Assembly: GCA_030141605.1 (NCBI GenBank)
Contig: JAQGDQ010000409.1
Location: 62,616-126,615, forward strand
DNA: 64,000 nucleotides
DNA from: Tubiluchus corallicola
Taxonomy: Eukaryota > Animalia > Priapulida
Direction: 5' to 3'
Below, piece after piece: positions 38,311 through 52,100 of the stretch. A program made the translations under genes and the position numbers. The notes beneath the pieces are model-generated. The model did not search any database. It worked only from the letters and a program-made list of their open reading frames with translations, and was not told where the DNA came from. The stretch's first letter is position 1. The number at the start of each line of letters is the position of its first letter.

Positions 38311-39730
38311 AACAACTTTTTTACAATAATGTCTTATCTGTGATGTCAAAATATAAAGAAAACTCTTCACCAAACTACACCACATGCACATTCTACGTAA
38401 TCTTTAATTATGCTCCTGAAATGATGGTCATAAGTTAACTGCTAATAGATTACAGATATGGTTTACGATTGTCATAGAACTGTTTGCCGCACAATGAACA
38501 AATGGAGGAGTTTTGCATAATTACATGAACGAAAACTAGACCGCTTCACGACGAAAAAGATCTGTTTGTAACAGCTACAATGCAAAGCGACTAACCAGAA
38601 TCCAAGAAAACTGAACCGCAAAGATGCAGTCATATACATGTACTGTCAAGCAATTAATGTCTTGCCCAAATTTCTCAGCAAGGCAGTTAACAATGTTTCT
38701 AAATATGATCTTATCTAAGTATACATTCGTGAAACAGTTGAAAATTATTTGCTAAAAACATTTGTATCTTTGCCAGAATTTAATGAATTTGTTTAATGAC
38801 GTAGTTGAACATTTACTGAAAAAAATAAAAACCAAGGATTCAAGAATCGCACACATTTTGTTATCGGAATCGCACAGATTTTGTTATCGGAATCGCACAG
38901 ATTTTGCCATCGCACTACCTAGTAAGTACAGTAAGCAATGAAAAATTACACATGTTGAAAAATGAAGAAAACAACCTATTGCACATTTGAAGTGAAATCT
39001 TGCGTGACTAATGTTAGCTTCAATTACTAGCAAAAACAGTTTAGCAACTGCTGTGGCTAAAAGAAACGGGGCCCATATTTATATGCAAAGTGACCATTGT
39101 TGGTCAGTGCTGGACTCTAGTCTGGCCATCGAATACCAAAACTGCTGTATTTCACGAGTTTGTTTCACACTCGAAATAAAAATAGAACTGAATACGTTAT
39201 GAAATGCAAATGCATCAGGTTGTAATTGAAGCACCGAAAAGTGAAGATTTTAATCTCTCAGCTGAAGCCATGATATTAAATTTTTTTTGCCCATTTAAAA
39301 ATTCTAATTTACATGCTTCTCGCAGGAGTTTGATTAATGGATGGTGGGTGATGGGTCATTATTACTGTTTATACTGAATCTAGTCAAACTACACACACCT
39401 ACGAACTTTGCATTATAGTACATAAGAACATATAAACTATATTTGTCTTTTTGTGCCAGTTATTTATCAATCATTAATCAATAACAATGCGCGCAGTACA
39501 TTTTAAGCGACTTTAAAAAAATTTATATTTGATAGGGGCATGATTATGATTAAGTTTAGATTAAGATAGTAAATTTTACCAGCAAGTGCTTCAAAATTAA
39601 AAACGGAATGGAAAAATACAAAATAAAAATACAAGTCATAACATAAACTGAAAAGGAAAACATTTTGATTTTGATAACCATCAGTCTTGTTGCTGAACTG
39701 TGTTGTGTTAAACAAATAGAGAAAACTCAC

Positions 39731-39928
39731 CATTTCTCTACGGAGAATTGCTATTGAAGCATCTAAATTACGGGGTCGGATGGCCGGTCGTACATTTGTG
39801 GGCAGGTCTTGCTGTATCATAGCCTTCATTTGATGAAGCCGCTCCATTTCTTTCCACTGGCTACTACTTGCTGTCATTAGAGCTGACAAGCTTTTAGGTA
39901 ACGGAGGTAGGTCGTCCAACGAAGCCAT
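39731..39928 (-). CDS. FAM89A: FAM89A-like first coding exon (MASLDDLPPLPKSLS...NLDASIAILRREM)
   Basis: LPPLPKSLS, W.EMERL and NLDA..A.LR.EM match FAM89A; ATG|GTGAGT donor; spliced product is 203 aa. Confidence 0.92.
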
Positions 39929-40187
39929 TAGATGCGGTGATTCAAACTTCTAAAAATACATTAATAATAGAATATAAAACAATCGTGAATGAATGTTGAA
40001 TGTACTTACAACCAAAGCTAAACAAAGACCAAGGAATCAGGTACAATTTACTAAACATGTAAACCTGTGTAGATCTAATTAATGCATAATAAAAATCAAG
40101 AGGTTACAATTCGGACCGTATACAGTAGCCACCTCAGATTTTGTTAATTTTATTACGAAAATACCAAACAACAATAAAATACACTAA

Positions 40188-40605
40188 TATCTGCATTTGC
40201 CGGACCTCGTTTTTACGTGTATCGGAAAATCTGGAGAAAATCTGGTCCGTAGAAAGTCCCGCATACTACGGACACAGTCCGTTGTTTTGCGAGCTTAACG
40301 ATAGTTGGCGGGTTGTCACTTTGTTTACATCCAAACAGCGTGTAACGACACGCGTAGCTTGTATGTGAGAGTGTTATGTGGTTGAATCAGAGTGTGTAAG
40401 TGGTTTAGAGTCAATTATGTGGAGTTATTTGATTCAATTGCTGACAGTTTATGTATACTTTTGCATAGGAACTAGGCGAACAATTCCACATTACCGTGAG
40501 TCTAATACACAGCACCTACTACATTAGCTTAGTATTGGAAAAATACGGACAATCAGCAAATTCAGGCCGACGTCTCTCTGCTTTTGTCCGGCAAACCGCG
40601 AAACA
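40188..40605. mobile_element. MITE family (copy 60097-60511; fragments near 42900-42963 and 56620-56780)
   Basis: TTTGCCGGAC...GTCCGGCAAA TIRs and shared internal sequence. Confidence 0.7.
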
Positions 40606-41354
40606 CGAAATAGCAAAACATGATATGATGACATGGTACACATATAGGATTACATAATTGCATTAACTTCATAATAAAATCGACATGGCATGATATGAAC
40701 ATAAACTGTTGCTTGCATTATAGTCAGAAGCATTACTTGTGTGACTATAATGCAATTAATGATGCAGGTGTTAGAGTGCAAAAAAGAAAGGTAAAACAAT
40801 GATGGAATGATAGTGGAGAATGTAGGAGATGGGAATTAGTAGGAATAGGTTAATGAAATGACGAGTGATGATTAGTGAATGAGTATGAATACGAAATTGC
40901 TCTTAGGGCAATATTATATATATACACATACATTTATAAACAGAAATACACTATGGGCTAGCCTGTCACTTACTGCGAACCTGAACATATGTCAGATACT
41001 ATACATGCTCAACATTTAATATGAATTTAAGCACGAAATTTTCAAACTTTTTTTGAATCTTTGCAATGACGAAATTGACTTAATATTTGCAGGTATTTTG
41101 TTCCACATGGTAGGACTCCTGTAAATGAGATTAAATGTTTCACAACATTTTGCAGCTGCCTCAGTCTTCAACTATGAAAGGAAATACCCATAACAATAAC
41201 AATGTGCCTGCTTATATGCCACTAATGCCGTGGGCTCTAGTGCAAGAATATCGTACAAATAACATAGAACTCTGAGCCTGTCACAACATATTCAAGCTGT
41301 GGTCTAGAAAAGAATTTGTCATTATATAAAATAGTCATTAATGATGACCTTATA

Positions 41355-43050
41355 ACGACGTTGTTCTAAAATTCACTGATACTACCAAGGTCTTAAATCA
41401 GTGGGTATCTGACGATGGTTTCACCTTGTAAAAAGACTTGAGCAAAATCTATGATAGGTCATTTGATTGGCAGATGCTGTTTAATGTGGAGAAATGTAAG
41501 ATTAGAGAGAACGGGGATGTTAATAAATGAGTCACTAATGCTGTTTAATGTGGAGAAATGTAAGACTAGAGAGTACGGGAATGTTAATAAATGAGTTACT
41601 AATGCTGTTTAATGTGGAGAAATGTAAGACTAGAGAGTACGGGAATGTTAATAAATGAGTTACTAATGCTGTTTAATGTGGAGAAATGTAAGATTAGAGA
41701 GTACGGGAATGTTAATAAATGAGTTACTAATGCTGTTTAATGTGGAGAAATGTAAGACTAGAGAGTACGGGAATGTTAATAAATGAGTTACTAATGCTGT
41801 TTAATGTGGAGATATGTAAGACTAGAGAGTACGGGAATGTTAATAAATGAGTCACTAATGCTGTTTAATGTGGAGAAATGTAAGACTAGAGAGTACGGGA
41901 ATGTTAATAAATGAGTTACTAATGCTGTTTAATGTGGAGAAATGTAAGACTAGAGAGTACGGGAATGTTAATAAATGAGTTACTAATGCTGTTTAATGTG
42001 GAGATATGTAAGACTAGAGAGTACGGGAATGTTAATAAATGAGTTACTAATGCTGTTTAATGTGGAGAAATGTAAGACTAGAGAGTAGGGGAATGTTAAT
42101 AAATGAGTTACTAATGCTGTTTAATGTGGAGAAATGTAAGACTAGAGAGTACGGGAATGTTAATAAATGAGTTACTAATGCTGTTTAATGTGGAGAAATG
42201 TAAGACTAGAGAGTACGGGAATGTTAATAAATGAGTTACTAATGCTGTTTAATGTGGAGATATGTAAGACTAGAGAGTACGGGAATGTTAATAAATGAGT
42301 TACTAATGCTGTTTAATGTGGAGAAATGTAAGACTAGAGAGTACGGGAATGTTAATAAATGAGTCACTAATGCTGTTTAATGTGGAGAAATGTAAGATTA
42401 GAGAGAACGGGGATGTTAATAAATGAGTCACTAATGCTGTTTAATGTGGAGATATGTAAGACTAGAGAGTACGGGAATGTTAATAAATGAGTTACTAATG
42501 CTGTTTAATGTGGAGAAATGTAAGACTAGAGAGAACGGGAATGTTAATAAATGAGTCAGTAATGCTGTTTAATGTGGAGAAATGTAAGATTAGAGAGAAC
42601 GGGGATGTTAATAAATGAGTCACTAATGCTGTTTAATGTGGAGATATGTAAGACTAGAGAGTACGGGAATGTTAATAAATGAGTTACTAATGCTGTTTAA
42701 TGTGGAGAAATGTAAGACTAGAGAATACGGGAATGTTAATAAATGAGTCACTAAGGTCTAGCAGGCAGTGTGCGGAAGCGGTCAGCGTGCGGAAGTGGTC
42801 AGAATGAGGAAACAGTCAGCGTGCGGAAGCAGTCAGTGTGCGGAAGTAGTCAGTGTGCGGAAGTAGTCAGTGTGCGGAAGTAGTCAGTGTATGGAACTGA
42901 ATACATGGCAATTGGGAAATTCGGACTGCCGTCTCTCCGCTTTTGTCCTGCAAACCGAGATATGAATGTACCTGGAGTCTGGAACTGGTTAACAGAGGAA
43001 GCTGTAAACTCTTCTAGTGCAAATGGCTTCCAAGAGTCACTTGGAGTTCT
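41355..43050 (+). mobile_element. Deleted CR1 RT fragment hosting tandem arrays
   Basis: LKFTDTTK...KDLSKIYDRSFDWQMLFNVEKCK, LINESLRSSRQCAEA, WNWLTEEAVNSSSANGF. Confidence 0.7.
41476..42754. repeat. 64-bp tandem satellite, about 20 copies, followed by a 17-bp repeat (about 42765-42890)
   Basis: GCTGTTTAATGTGGAG recurs at 41476, 41540, 41604 and onward. Confidence 0.95.
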
Positions 43051-43379
43051 TACCAGTCAGCCACCGAATACATTGCAATTTATTTTGATGCTGCAAGTGA
43101 TGGTCATCAGTTCAACTCAGTTCAAGTTTATTTGCACAAATACAAATGAGGTATCATGGGAAAAACATTAGTTATTATAAGTAATACACAGACAAAATAT
43201 AGAAAAATTTAAATAGTAAAGACTTAATATCATATAAAAAACTAATTAAATCAGAATTATTAAGAGCTAATAAAAACTTCATAAAAATTAATTAATTTAC
43301 ATAATCACAATATAAATTAATTACACAGCCACAACAGTTAAACATGATCACAATACAAATTAATTATATAATCACAGCA

Positions 43380-44150
43380 GGTGGAATAATGATTGGCAAA
43401 TGTTATCTAATGCTGATAAATGTGAGGTAATGCATTGCGGTTTTGGGAATCTCAAAAGTGATGATGTTATGAATGGATCAACTCTTCAAAGTACAAATAG
43501 TAAAAATGATCTTGCTGTGATAATAATATCAGAGTTGACACCTTCCCAGCAATGTGTATCCTCTGTTAAGAAAGGAAACAAAATTTTGGGGATGATAAAG
43601 TGGCACATCGTTTCTAGAAATTTATAAAGAAATTGTATTGAAATTATACATTGGTTTGGTTAGACTTCATCTAGAATATCATGTGCAGCTTTGGAATCCC
43701 CACTATCACGAAGGTATATTACTTATGGAAAGTGTACAAAGACGTGCTATAAGAATAATATTAGGTTGTAAAAATCTGACATATTTGGAAAGAATGAAAT
43801 ATTGCAGTTTGACCACGCTTGAATTAAGAAGACACCGTGGAGATCTTATTGAAGTTTATCAAATATTAACTAGAAAAGAAAACATTATGCCTGAAAAATT
43901 CCTGAATTTAGTTGGTGAATCTAGAAGTAGAAGACATAATTTAAAACAGTTTAAAGAGCGGTCACGTCTTGACATCCGTAAATATTCATTTTCTGTGAGA
44001 GTTGTGAATGAATGGGATAATCTGCCTGCCATGGTGATTGCCACACCAACCACAGTAAAGTTTAAATCCTTAATCGACAATTATTTTGCAGAAAAGTATC
44101 GGGTTTCTATGAATGCACTCGCTCAACCACTAATCATGACAATATAACAG
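43380..44150 (+). mobile_element. CR1 LINE RT C-terminal fragment
   Basis: WQMLSNADKCEVMH, LVRLHLEY..QLWNP, ESVQRRA, LELRRHRGDLIEVY, FSVRVVNEWDNLP. Confidence 0.9.
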
Positions 44151-45553
44151 TTGTTTATCCAGCACTCACAGACTACCATCAGGGTATAACTGCCTTCTTT
44201 TATTGCATTCATTTAAATATTTTCCAAGGGAGATTTTCGGAATTTGCATTTAGAAAAAGCCATATTACTGAGTATATTACGTTTTTGGAAAGATAGTATG
44301 CACTGTACATTTTCAAATCAGTTAAATAATAACTCGGGCACGACTCACAGTGTCACGGCGTTGTTCAACAGAATATATAGGGTCTGGTTAAATATTAGAG
44401 ACTAGGCTAATGCATCACAACTGACTTATTTTCTTTTCAAAGCGTTTTTAAAGTCACATACTCAACTGACTCATGATATTTATATTGATAATGAGGTGAC
44501 CAAACAATGCACAAATATTACCTACAGTTACATTACCGCGATCTAAATGCCGTAGAATAAAACAGTCAAAACCTTTTCATCGCTACGTGAAAACTCGATA
44601 GTCACATTGCATGAAAAATGTTTAAAGCTTTATTTTTTGTGATAAAAATATCAATTATACGAAATAATGTAAACACGGAGGTAAAGAAGAATACAACAAG
44701 GCAAGCGCACTTAAAGAATTTGCGCATGGAAATCAGAGGAAGCACCTGTTCAGAGTTGAACCTAACGCTACTCACACGGGCTTTCACACTTGGATCCTGG
44801 CTTCATGTTGTAAATTCGCGATTAAATTGCTCGCAGCTAACTTACAGCACAAAAACACCTTTAATAAATAAGGCTTAGAAATTCTTCTTGACATTTTATA
44901 TAACTTGAATGCTGTCTTATTACATACATGGTTTGCATTAACAGTAAGGCTGTGTAAAACGTTTTTTGTTATTTTTTGTCTCACATTTTAACACTATGGT
45001 CTTTTTCAAATTTGTATAACATTGCATAGAGTTTGAAGAAATAGCCAGAGAATTTGCATCACACACTTTGTCAACTGAGCGAGAGTTTAAATCTATGTCC
45101 TGTTAACAACTTTAAAAATACGGTTTTTGGTGATCAGTGCTGGACATTGGGAAGGTGAGACATTGGGAAAAGGGGACATTTTACCAGTTTGTGGGGATAT
45201 TTTAGATTACTAATAATAATCTTTACTCGTTTTACAATTCTTTCAAATAGGTAAGTGTAATGTTAAGTAATTATGACTTTGCAATAGAAAGTTTTCTGGG
45301 ATATAAATTACTTAAAATTCCATTTTCCTCTCCTTTAACATACCACAGTACTAAAAAGCTTTCTTAGAAATAACAAACTTGCAGCACTTTGTGATTATAA
45401 TGAGTGCTATGTTAAAATTGTACTGGTTCTGCTTAGTAAATAATTAAGCATGTAAAATTAAAACAAGATTTAAAAGCTAATTATATGTATCATCATATCC
45501 TTATATTATTATCATATACATATAATTATATGTATCATCATATATGTTTACTC

Positions 45554-48500
45554 GGGGGGGAGTAAACCCCTACCGGGCGCATCCCCCGGGTGGCGGATGG
45601 GGGACCCCTGGCTCACGAGCCAGGGTGCTCCGAATATTCAAATAAGGAGCTGTGGACCAAATCCTTCAGGATAGACCTAGCAAGTCACTGAAGTATTTTT
45701 TGCTCAAGTAACTCATGGCGAACACAACTGAAACAACGGCCCCCAGTCCCCGGCAGCCCTTAAATGGGCAGGGGGTGCTAAGAATCTCCGGTGCCATGAA
45801 TTCCAGGAGTAGAAAGGCAACTAAATTCAAAATTGCAATAATTAACATTTCAACGATGAGAGGGAAGGAGGAAGAGGTGGTGGATATAATGAAAGACAGG
45901 AATCTCACAATTGTTGGTCTCAGTGAGACCAGGATGAGGGGTAGTGGAGAAAAGATCCTGCATGAAAACTACAAACTGATTTACAGCGGACAGGATGATG
46001 GGAGGCACGGTGTTGGAGTAGTTCTTTCACCGGATCTGGTTCCCTATGTGGAGAAGGTTGATAGTGTCTCAGAGAGAATCATTGGTATTTCCATCAAGAC
46101 AAAGACAGTGGCCTTTTCCTTAATTCAGGTTTATGCCCCGCAAAGTGGAAGACCATCCCAGGAAAAAGATCAATTTTACCAGGACCTACAAGATGTCACA
46201 GATACAGCAAGATTCAAAGAAAAATTAATAGTTTGTGGAGACTTCAACGGACACATTGGATGTGTGAGAGATCACGTTGAAACAGTGGTGGGAGCGTTTA
46301 GTGTTGGCGACAGGAATGAGGAGGGAGGCAGGATAATTGACTATGGTCTACTAAACGGGTTGGCTATAATGAATACCTTCTATAAACACCGAGATAGTCA
46401 TAAATGGACGTACTACGGTTGGAACAGCGAAGCGCAGCAGTACGTCAGCAAGTCGATGATAGATCTCTTTTTGACCCCAGACAAGCGAATATTCCAGAAT
46501 GTGCGTGCTGTGCCATCGCTGTCTATGGACTCCACGCACAGAATGGTGATAGCAACACTGACATGGAAAACAGAAAAGTTACCGAAAAAGAAGGGGAAAC
46601 AGAGATTTAATATAGAAAAATTGAGAGACTCTGAAACTGCCGACACTATGAGAGAAGTTATATACTGGTTATATATATCTTTTGTTATATAACAACAAAA
46701 TAGTGGAAGCTGAAAAGAGAGACTGGGAAACATATAAAGAAATCGTTTCATCTGCCGCAGCAGATACATTGGGCTCTAAAAAGTCGTATCAAGGAAGGAA
46801 GAAAACTACACCTTGGTGGACGGAAGCAGTAAAGAGTGCAGTTAAAGAGAAGATGGGATGGTTCAGAAAGTGGATGAAGAGAAGAAGACCCGAAGATAGA
46901 CGAGAATACGAACTAGCCAGGAATCGAGCTGAAAAAGTAAAGAAAGAAGAAAAGAATAGAGTGTGGGAAAACATCGGAGAGGATTTGAAGGCTGACCATG
47001 CAGGAACAAAGAAATTGCTTTACTCAATGACAAAGAATTACAGAAGTAGTGCTAAAGAACAAACCTACGCAATTAAAAATCAAAATGGACAATTGCTTGT
47101 GCAACCAGATGACATCGCTAACAGATGGAGAGAATACTTTGATGATTTGCTCAACGTACGAGGAAGTGAAGAATTGGAAGTGGATGTGGACCTAGAGATC
47201 GACCCGAATGAACTCATCGAGGACATCACTGGAGCTGAGATCTCGGGGGCCATAACACGGATGAAGAGAGGTAAAGCAACAGGAGATGATGACCTCCCTG
47301 TAGAAGTTGTGAAGGAAGCTGGGGAGGAGGCGCAGAAGCTCCTGCTAACCATAATGCAGGACGCATACAGACAAGAAACTATACCACCAGAGTGGCAGAG
47401 AGGAGTCATCAACCCGATATTTAAAAAGGGAGATAAAGCTCTTTGTGAAAATTTTAGGGGCATTTCCCTATTGTCCCACTGTGGAAAGCTATACAGTAGT
47501 ATAATCGAGAGGAGGCTTCGTACACATGTCGAGGCTAGATTGGGAGAATGGCAGTACGGATTTCGACCAGGACGAAGTACATCAGATCTTGTGTTTGTGA
47601 TGAAGATGATAATGGAGAAAAGCTGGGAGTGGGGAAGGGACAAATTTGCTCTCTTCATTGATATGGAGAAAGCTTTTGACCGTGTCCCAAGAAAGCTGCT
47701 TTGGAAGATTATGTCGGAGCCGCCGTATTCTGTTCCCAAAAAGCTGATAAGAGTTATCAAGAGCATCTATAGCAATAGTGTGAGTAAGGTAAGAAAAGGA
47801 GACGTGGAGACTGACTGGTTTAACATCGAAGCAGGTGTAAGACAAGGAGACGGGTTGTCCCCGCTCCTATATATCATATTCATGGACAAGTGCATCAGAG
47901 ATACAAACCCACGACCAAACCAGCAAGTCCTCGCCTACGCGGACGGCGTGGCGGTGATGGTGGACACCATACAAGACTGCAGGGTGTGGCCAGTTCATGG
48001 TTATCAACAATGAATAATAATGGAATGAGCATAAACACGGCAAAGGGAAAGACTGAGTTCATGCACATAAGCCGTAGAAGAGAGGAATTTGATGTGTATA
48101 TGGAAGACAGGAAGCTGCACCAGGCAAATTCCTATAAATACCTTGGGGTGGTTGTGGATGAAGGAAATATTCAGGAAATGGAGTTGAGTGCGAGGATTGA
48201 GAAATATACAAGAAATTTTATGATGATGTATCCCCTATTGAAAGAGAAGTGCATACCCAAGCAAGTCAAGACAACTATATATAACACAATATTGAAACCA
48301 ATACTAACATATGGAGCTGAATGTTGGTCACTTACAACGAAGACATCCTCAAGACTACAGGCAGCGGAAATGAAAGTTCTTCGGACTATAAGGGGTGTAA
48401 CAAGGATAGACAGACTCAGAAGTGAACAGATAAGGTCAGACCTCTCAGTGAAACCACTCTTGAGAGAGATTGAGGAGAGCAAGTTGAGGTGGTATGGGCA

Positions 48501-48757
48501 TATTAAGCGGATGGACGACACGAGATTGGCAAAGAAATATCTTGAATGGAAGCCGCAAGGCAAAAGACCAGTGGGAAGGCCCCGGAAGAGATGGCTTGAT
48601 GGAGTTGGAGAGGCGCTTGCGAGGAGAGGAACCCGTCTGGTGGATGTGGAGGAGGAGAAGACGTATGAAGACAGAGACACCTGGAGAGACGTTATTAAGT
48701 GTTCGCCGGCTGACAGATGAAAATCTACCAGGAGGATGGTGAGAAAGGTGAGAAATC
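45554..48757 (+). mobile_element. Near full-length RTE-clade LINE (APE-RT), disrupted
   Basis: GLSETR, QVYAP, GDFNGH, RGISLL, QYGFRPGRS, DMEKAFD, GVRQGD, YADG, LRWYGH, RPVGRPRKRW; GGTGAGAAA tandem 3' end; AT-rich insertion at about 46660-46690 and a frameshift near 47980. Confidence 0.95.
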
Positions 48758-50369
48758 ATATACTGACTTTAAACAAAAATTATTAATAATTTTTCTGGAG
48801 CTATTCTGCAAGACAGCTATTTTGCGGAGGCTGTGTTATCCAGTTAAGACAGTACTCAAAGGACAACCTTGTGAGAGATCTACAATGCTTTTGAGGTTGG
48901 TTTGAGTTTTAATCTCCAGTCAGGTAGATTGTAGGCTGTAGATTGATTGTAGGCTGTGCGACATGCACGAGGCTTTCACACTAAATATTGAGGATAGGAC
49001 AGACTCAGCAACACTTTTGTTTAATAAATTATTTTGTACAAGTATTACTTGTTATTTATGCAACCCCTTTAATAGCTTGAAAAGAATAATAAAGTTACAT
49101 GCTGTATAGTGGTTCAGTAGTCCATCGTAATCCTCCGCAGTTGTAGTAAGCTATAGTAAATCACTCTATGCACAATTAAGTCCACGTAAAACAACTGGCG
49201 TTACTGAACTGATACGGCAGAGTGTTTTCCTTTACCCACACGTCACGTGACAGTTGTAGTTAAGATGCGCTGTTGTGGTACACTTAACCTTTGACCTACA
49301 ACATCTGTGCATGCACACAACAAAACAGTGAAAAGGCTTATTCAAGTGTGATCAAATTGTAATATTTTGAGTCTTTCTAAATATGTGAGATTTTCACAAT
49401 CGAATGTTATTCTTGGAGTACGCTTTTGCTTTCTTCCCATGAACAATAATACGTCTTTAAGATCGTTGCGATTACAAAGTTGCTTATAGTCTTTGCATTA
49501 TGTTTCATAATCTTGTCTTCTAAATTCGCTGCATTTAAAATATCTGAATTTGATCATACTGTTTGTTTTTTGTTCAAATTCAAGTTTCAACAATTGTTGC
49601 CTTTTGCCTTTACCCATCTGGGAAGAAATGGACATGAAAGAAGACCGGAATCGCATTGAATATTCTTTGGTCATCAAAAGATTTCCCATGCTAGCACGTG
49701 TAACGTTTTTTAAAATTATTAACAGGGTGAGAGTAAATGTTAAGTTATAGACATTCCTCGCTCATTAATGTTATTTTCAGCGAGTTGTTGTGAACCTAGC
49801 TTTAGGGCCAGACGAACTTACGCTACAGGAGTGGGTGGAATGCTCTAATCAATGATATAGCCCTAATACAAGTACAACAGACGGAATGAGATGTTGATGA
49901 TGATGAATCTGAACTTCGAAATTTATAGATTTATTTCCATTTTGTGTTTGGTCTTTTCTTAACGACCTAAAGCAGTTATTCACAACTTTCCATTGACAGT
50001 CTTTTCAGTTGTTTTAGTTGAAACAGTTTTGACTATCTACAGGCCACGAATTTTCAAAAAATTACAATAACCCAAACCCCGTATAGGGCGCCGAGTAACC
50101 CACAAGCCGAAGTAGGACACTTCCGGTAAAAAGCATGTGCTAAATTTGCGGAAAAGCAGTGTCGTACATGGGCAGCCCAAGTAGGGCACTGGCGATTCTT
50201 GACGAGAATCGAGAATTATGATGACATCATAAAACGTAAAACTAAATTTGTTTTAGGGAAAAAGTAACTTTATAGTCTTACGAGGCTTACACTTATTTCT
50301 GGTTTACAGTACGTCTATGTGATGTCTGTTTTAATTAGATACATCAAATACACACACACTGACACATGA

Positions 50370-50800
50370 CTAATGAACTTGACGTATGAAAGTCAGTCAA
50401 AACGAATAGGTTTAACTACATTAGCTTTTAGACGTTTACGTGGCCTACTAATTGATGTATACAAATATGTATCTGGAGTTTACAGCTGTGATGATTGTCC
50501 TGTTAAATTAGGAGTACATCGTACAGCAAGATCAGGTCCTATTCTTCATAAATCAAGAACTACACACAAAACTGGTAAATACGACTATTTTTCTTGTATG
50601 ATGCCAGAAATCTGGAATAGATTGCCCTGTGATGTGAGAGCAGCAACATCTGTAAATTTATTTAAATCAAAATTAGATAGACACTATGAACATCATCCAT
50701 TGAAATTTAATCACCATGCTAATTGGAACATGCCTATAACAAGGATGCTGGATTACATATTATAGTGAGAAAACTTGCCAGTGGAGTCACCTAGGTGTTG
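50370..50800 (+). mobile_element. CR1 LINE 3' fragment
   Basis: LTYESQSKRIGLTTLAFRRLRG.LIDVYK, WNRLP..V.AATSVNLFKSKLD. Confidence 0.85.
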
Positions 50801-51278
50801 TTGACAATCTATTGTATGCGCAATTTGTCGCAATTACAGTCGAAGAACTATTTGTTTCAAAATTTATATTACAACTACTGGAGATTTACTACAACTACTA
50901 CTACTCCTACTACATATATGACTAATGAATTTAAAATGGCTAAGACTGTATGAGTACACTATTTAGACATAATTATTGCAGTAATATAGTGTATTATTAT
51001 ACTCTTACAATAAAGAATGTTATCCAATTTAATTTATTATTTTAGGAAGACATTATTTTTTGAAAATATTACACAAAAGAATGTTATCCAATTTAATTTA
51101 TTATTTTACGAAGACATTCTTTTTTGAAAATATTATACAAATTAATAGCTTACAATAATTATTTATTTCTGATTTTTTAAATAACATTTCCATAATTTCT
51201 TATAATGTATGAGTAAACTCAACTATAATATTGTTCATTGTTTTTCTCTTAGGTCATTATTGTCACTGGTGCTGCAAG

Positions 51279-51399
51279 ATGGACTCCATACACAGTTTTC
51301 ATAAATCTCATATACTACTAGAAACTGAGAAATTCGTTGTGGAGAGATTTGGATCCAATTTACCTGTATTTGTTACAGAAGGAATTGCTGGTGCTAATA
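51279..51399 (+). CDS. NUP133: NUP133 probable first coding exon (MDSIHSFHKSHILLETEKFVVERFGSNLPVFVTEGI); exon begins at 51253
   Basis: FGSNLPVFVTE vs human FGSSLPVKVME; cttag/GTGAGT; start codon uncertain. Confidence 0.8.
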
Positions 51400-51509
51400 G
51401 TGAGTCTGTTGTGCAGTTAAATTGCTGTTTTGCATAAACAAATTTTATAAATTATCTATAGTTTACTTGCAGATTAAAATTCTTTGTGGAGTTTTTTAGT
51501 GTTTTAATC

Positions 51510-51968
51510 TTAAAGAAAAAAACAAGTCACTCACTATGTTGGTCTTATTTTACTGTTATCACTTAAGCTTAGAAAAATGTAACTTGTAAATGTAACATTC
51601 TCTTGAAAATCATGACGTAGCTGGGTGTCTTCGTGGCTTTCTGTAAAGATGCGCTGCTTAAACTAATTCAAACTTCTGCAACTTACCTAATGTTCACGCA
51701 AAAATATCACAGAATTAGCTTTATATTTTTTGGGAAAACTTATTATACTTTTGATGAAGATTGACAGTGCGCTACTTTTCTTCAAGACGAATGTTATCAT
51801 TGGAAGAAGAATGTTCTTTGAAAATTGGGAGCACCCAAGTGATGACTTTAAAATGATTTTACTAATTACATGAGGTGCTTATTGCAGCTTTATTACAAAA
51901 TCTTTCTGACATTTTTCACGAACATTGAAATAAGCCTAACCTCTTAGAAGGCTTGACTTTTTCTTTAA
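51510..51968. mobile_element. Kolobok-like MITE, TTAA-flanked (related copy about 62283-62665)
   Basis: TTAAAGAAAAA...TTTTTCTTTAA ends; 3' half shared with the second copy. Confidence 0.65.
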
Positions 51969-52100
51969 GATTTTCCACACTGATGGAGTATAATCCCAAA
52001 TAGACCTAGTTTGGTCAAATGGTAATGGTAAATGTGTTTTACCTTTATACTTGGATATTACTGTGCTTTGATGTATTGATTTTTCTTACACTTGTTTTAG

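Noticed and set aside
41476-42754. CRISPR array (64-bp period resembles repeat plus spacer)
   Set aside because: The whole unit is repeated with no variable spacer and derives from CR1
47080-48759. Long minus-strand ORFs (228, 169 and 104 aa)
   Set aside because: Antisense frames of the purine-rich RTE ORF
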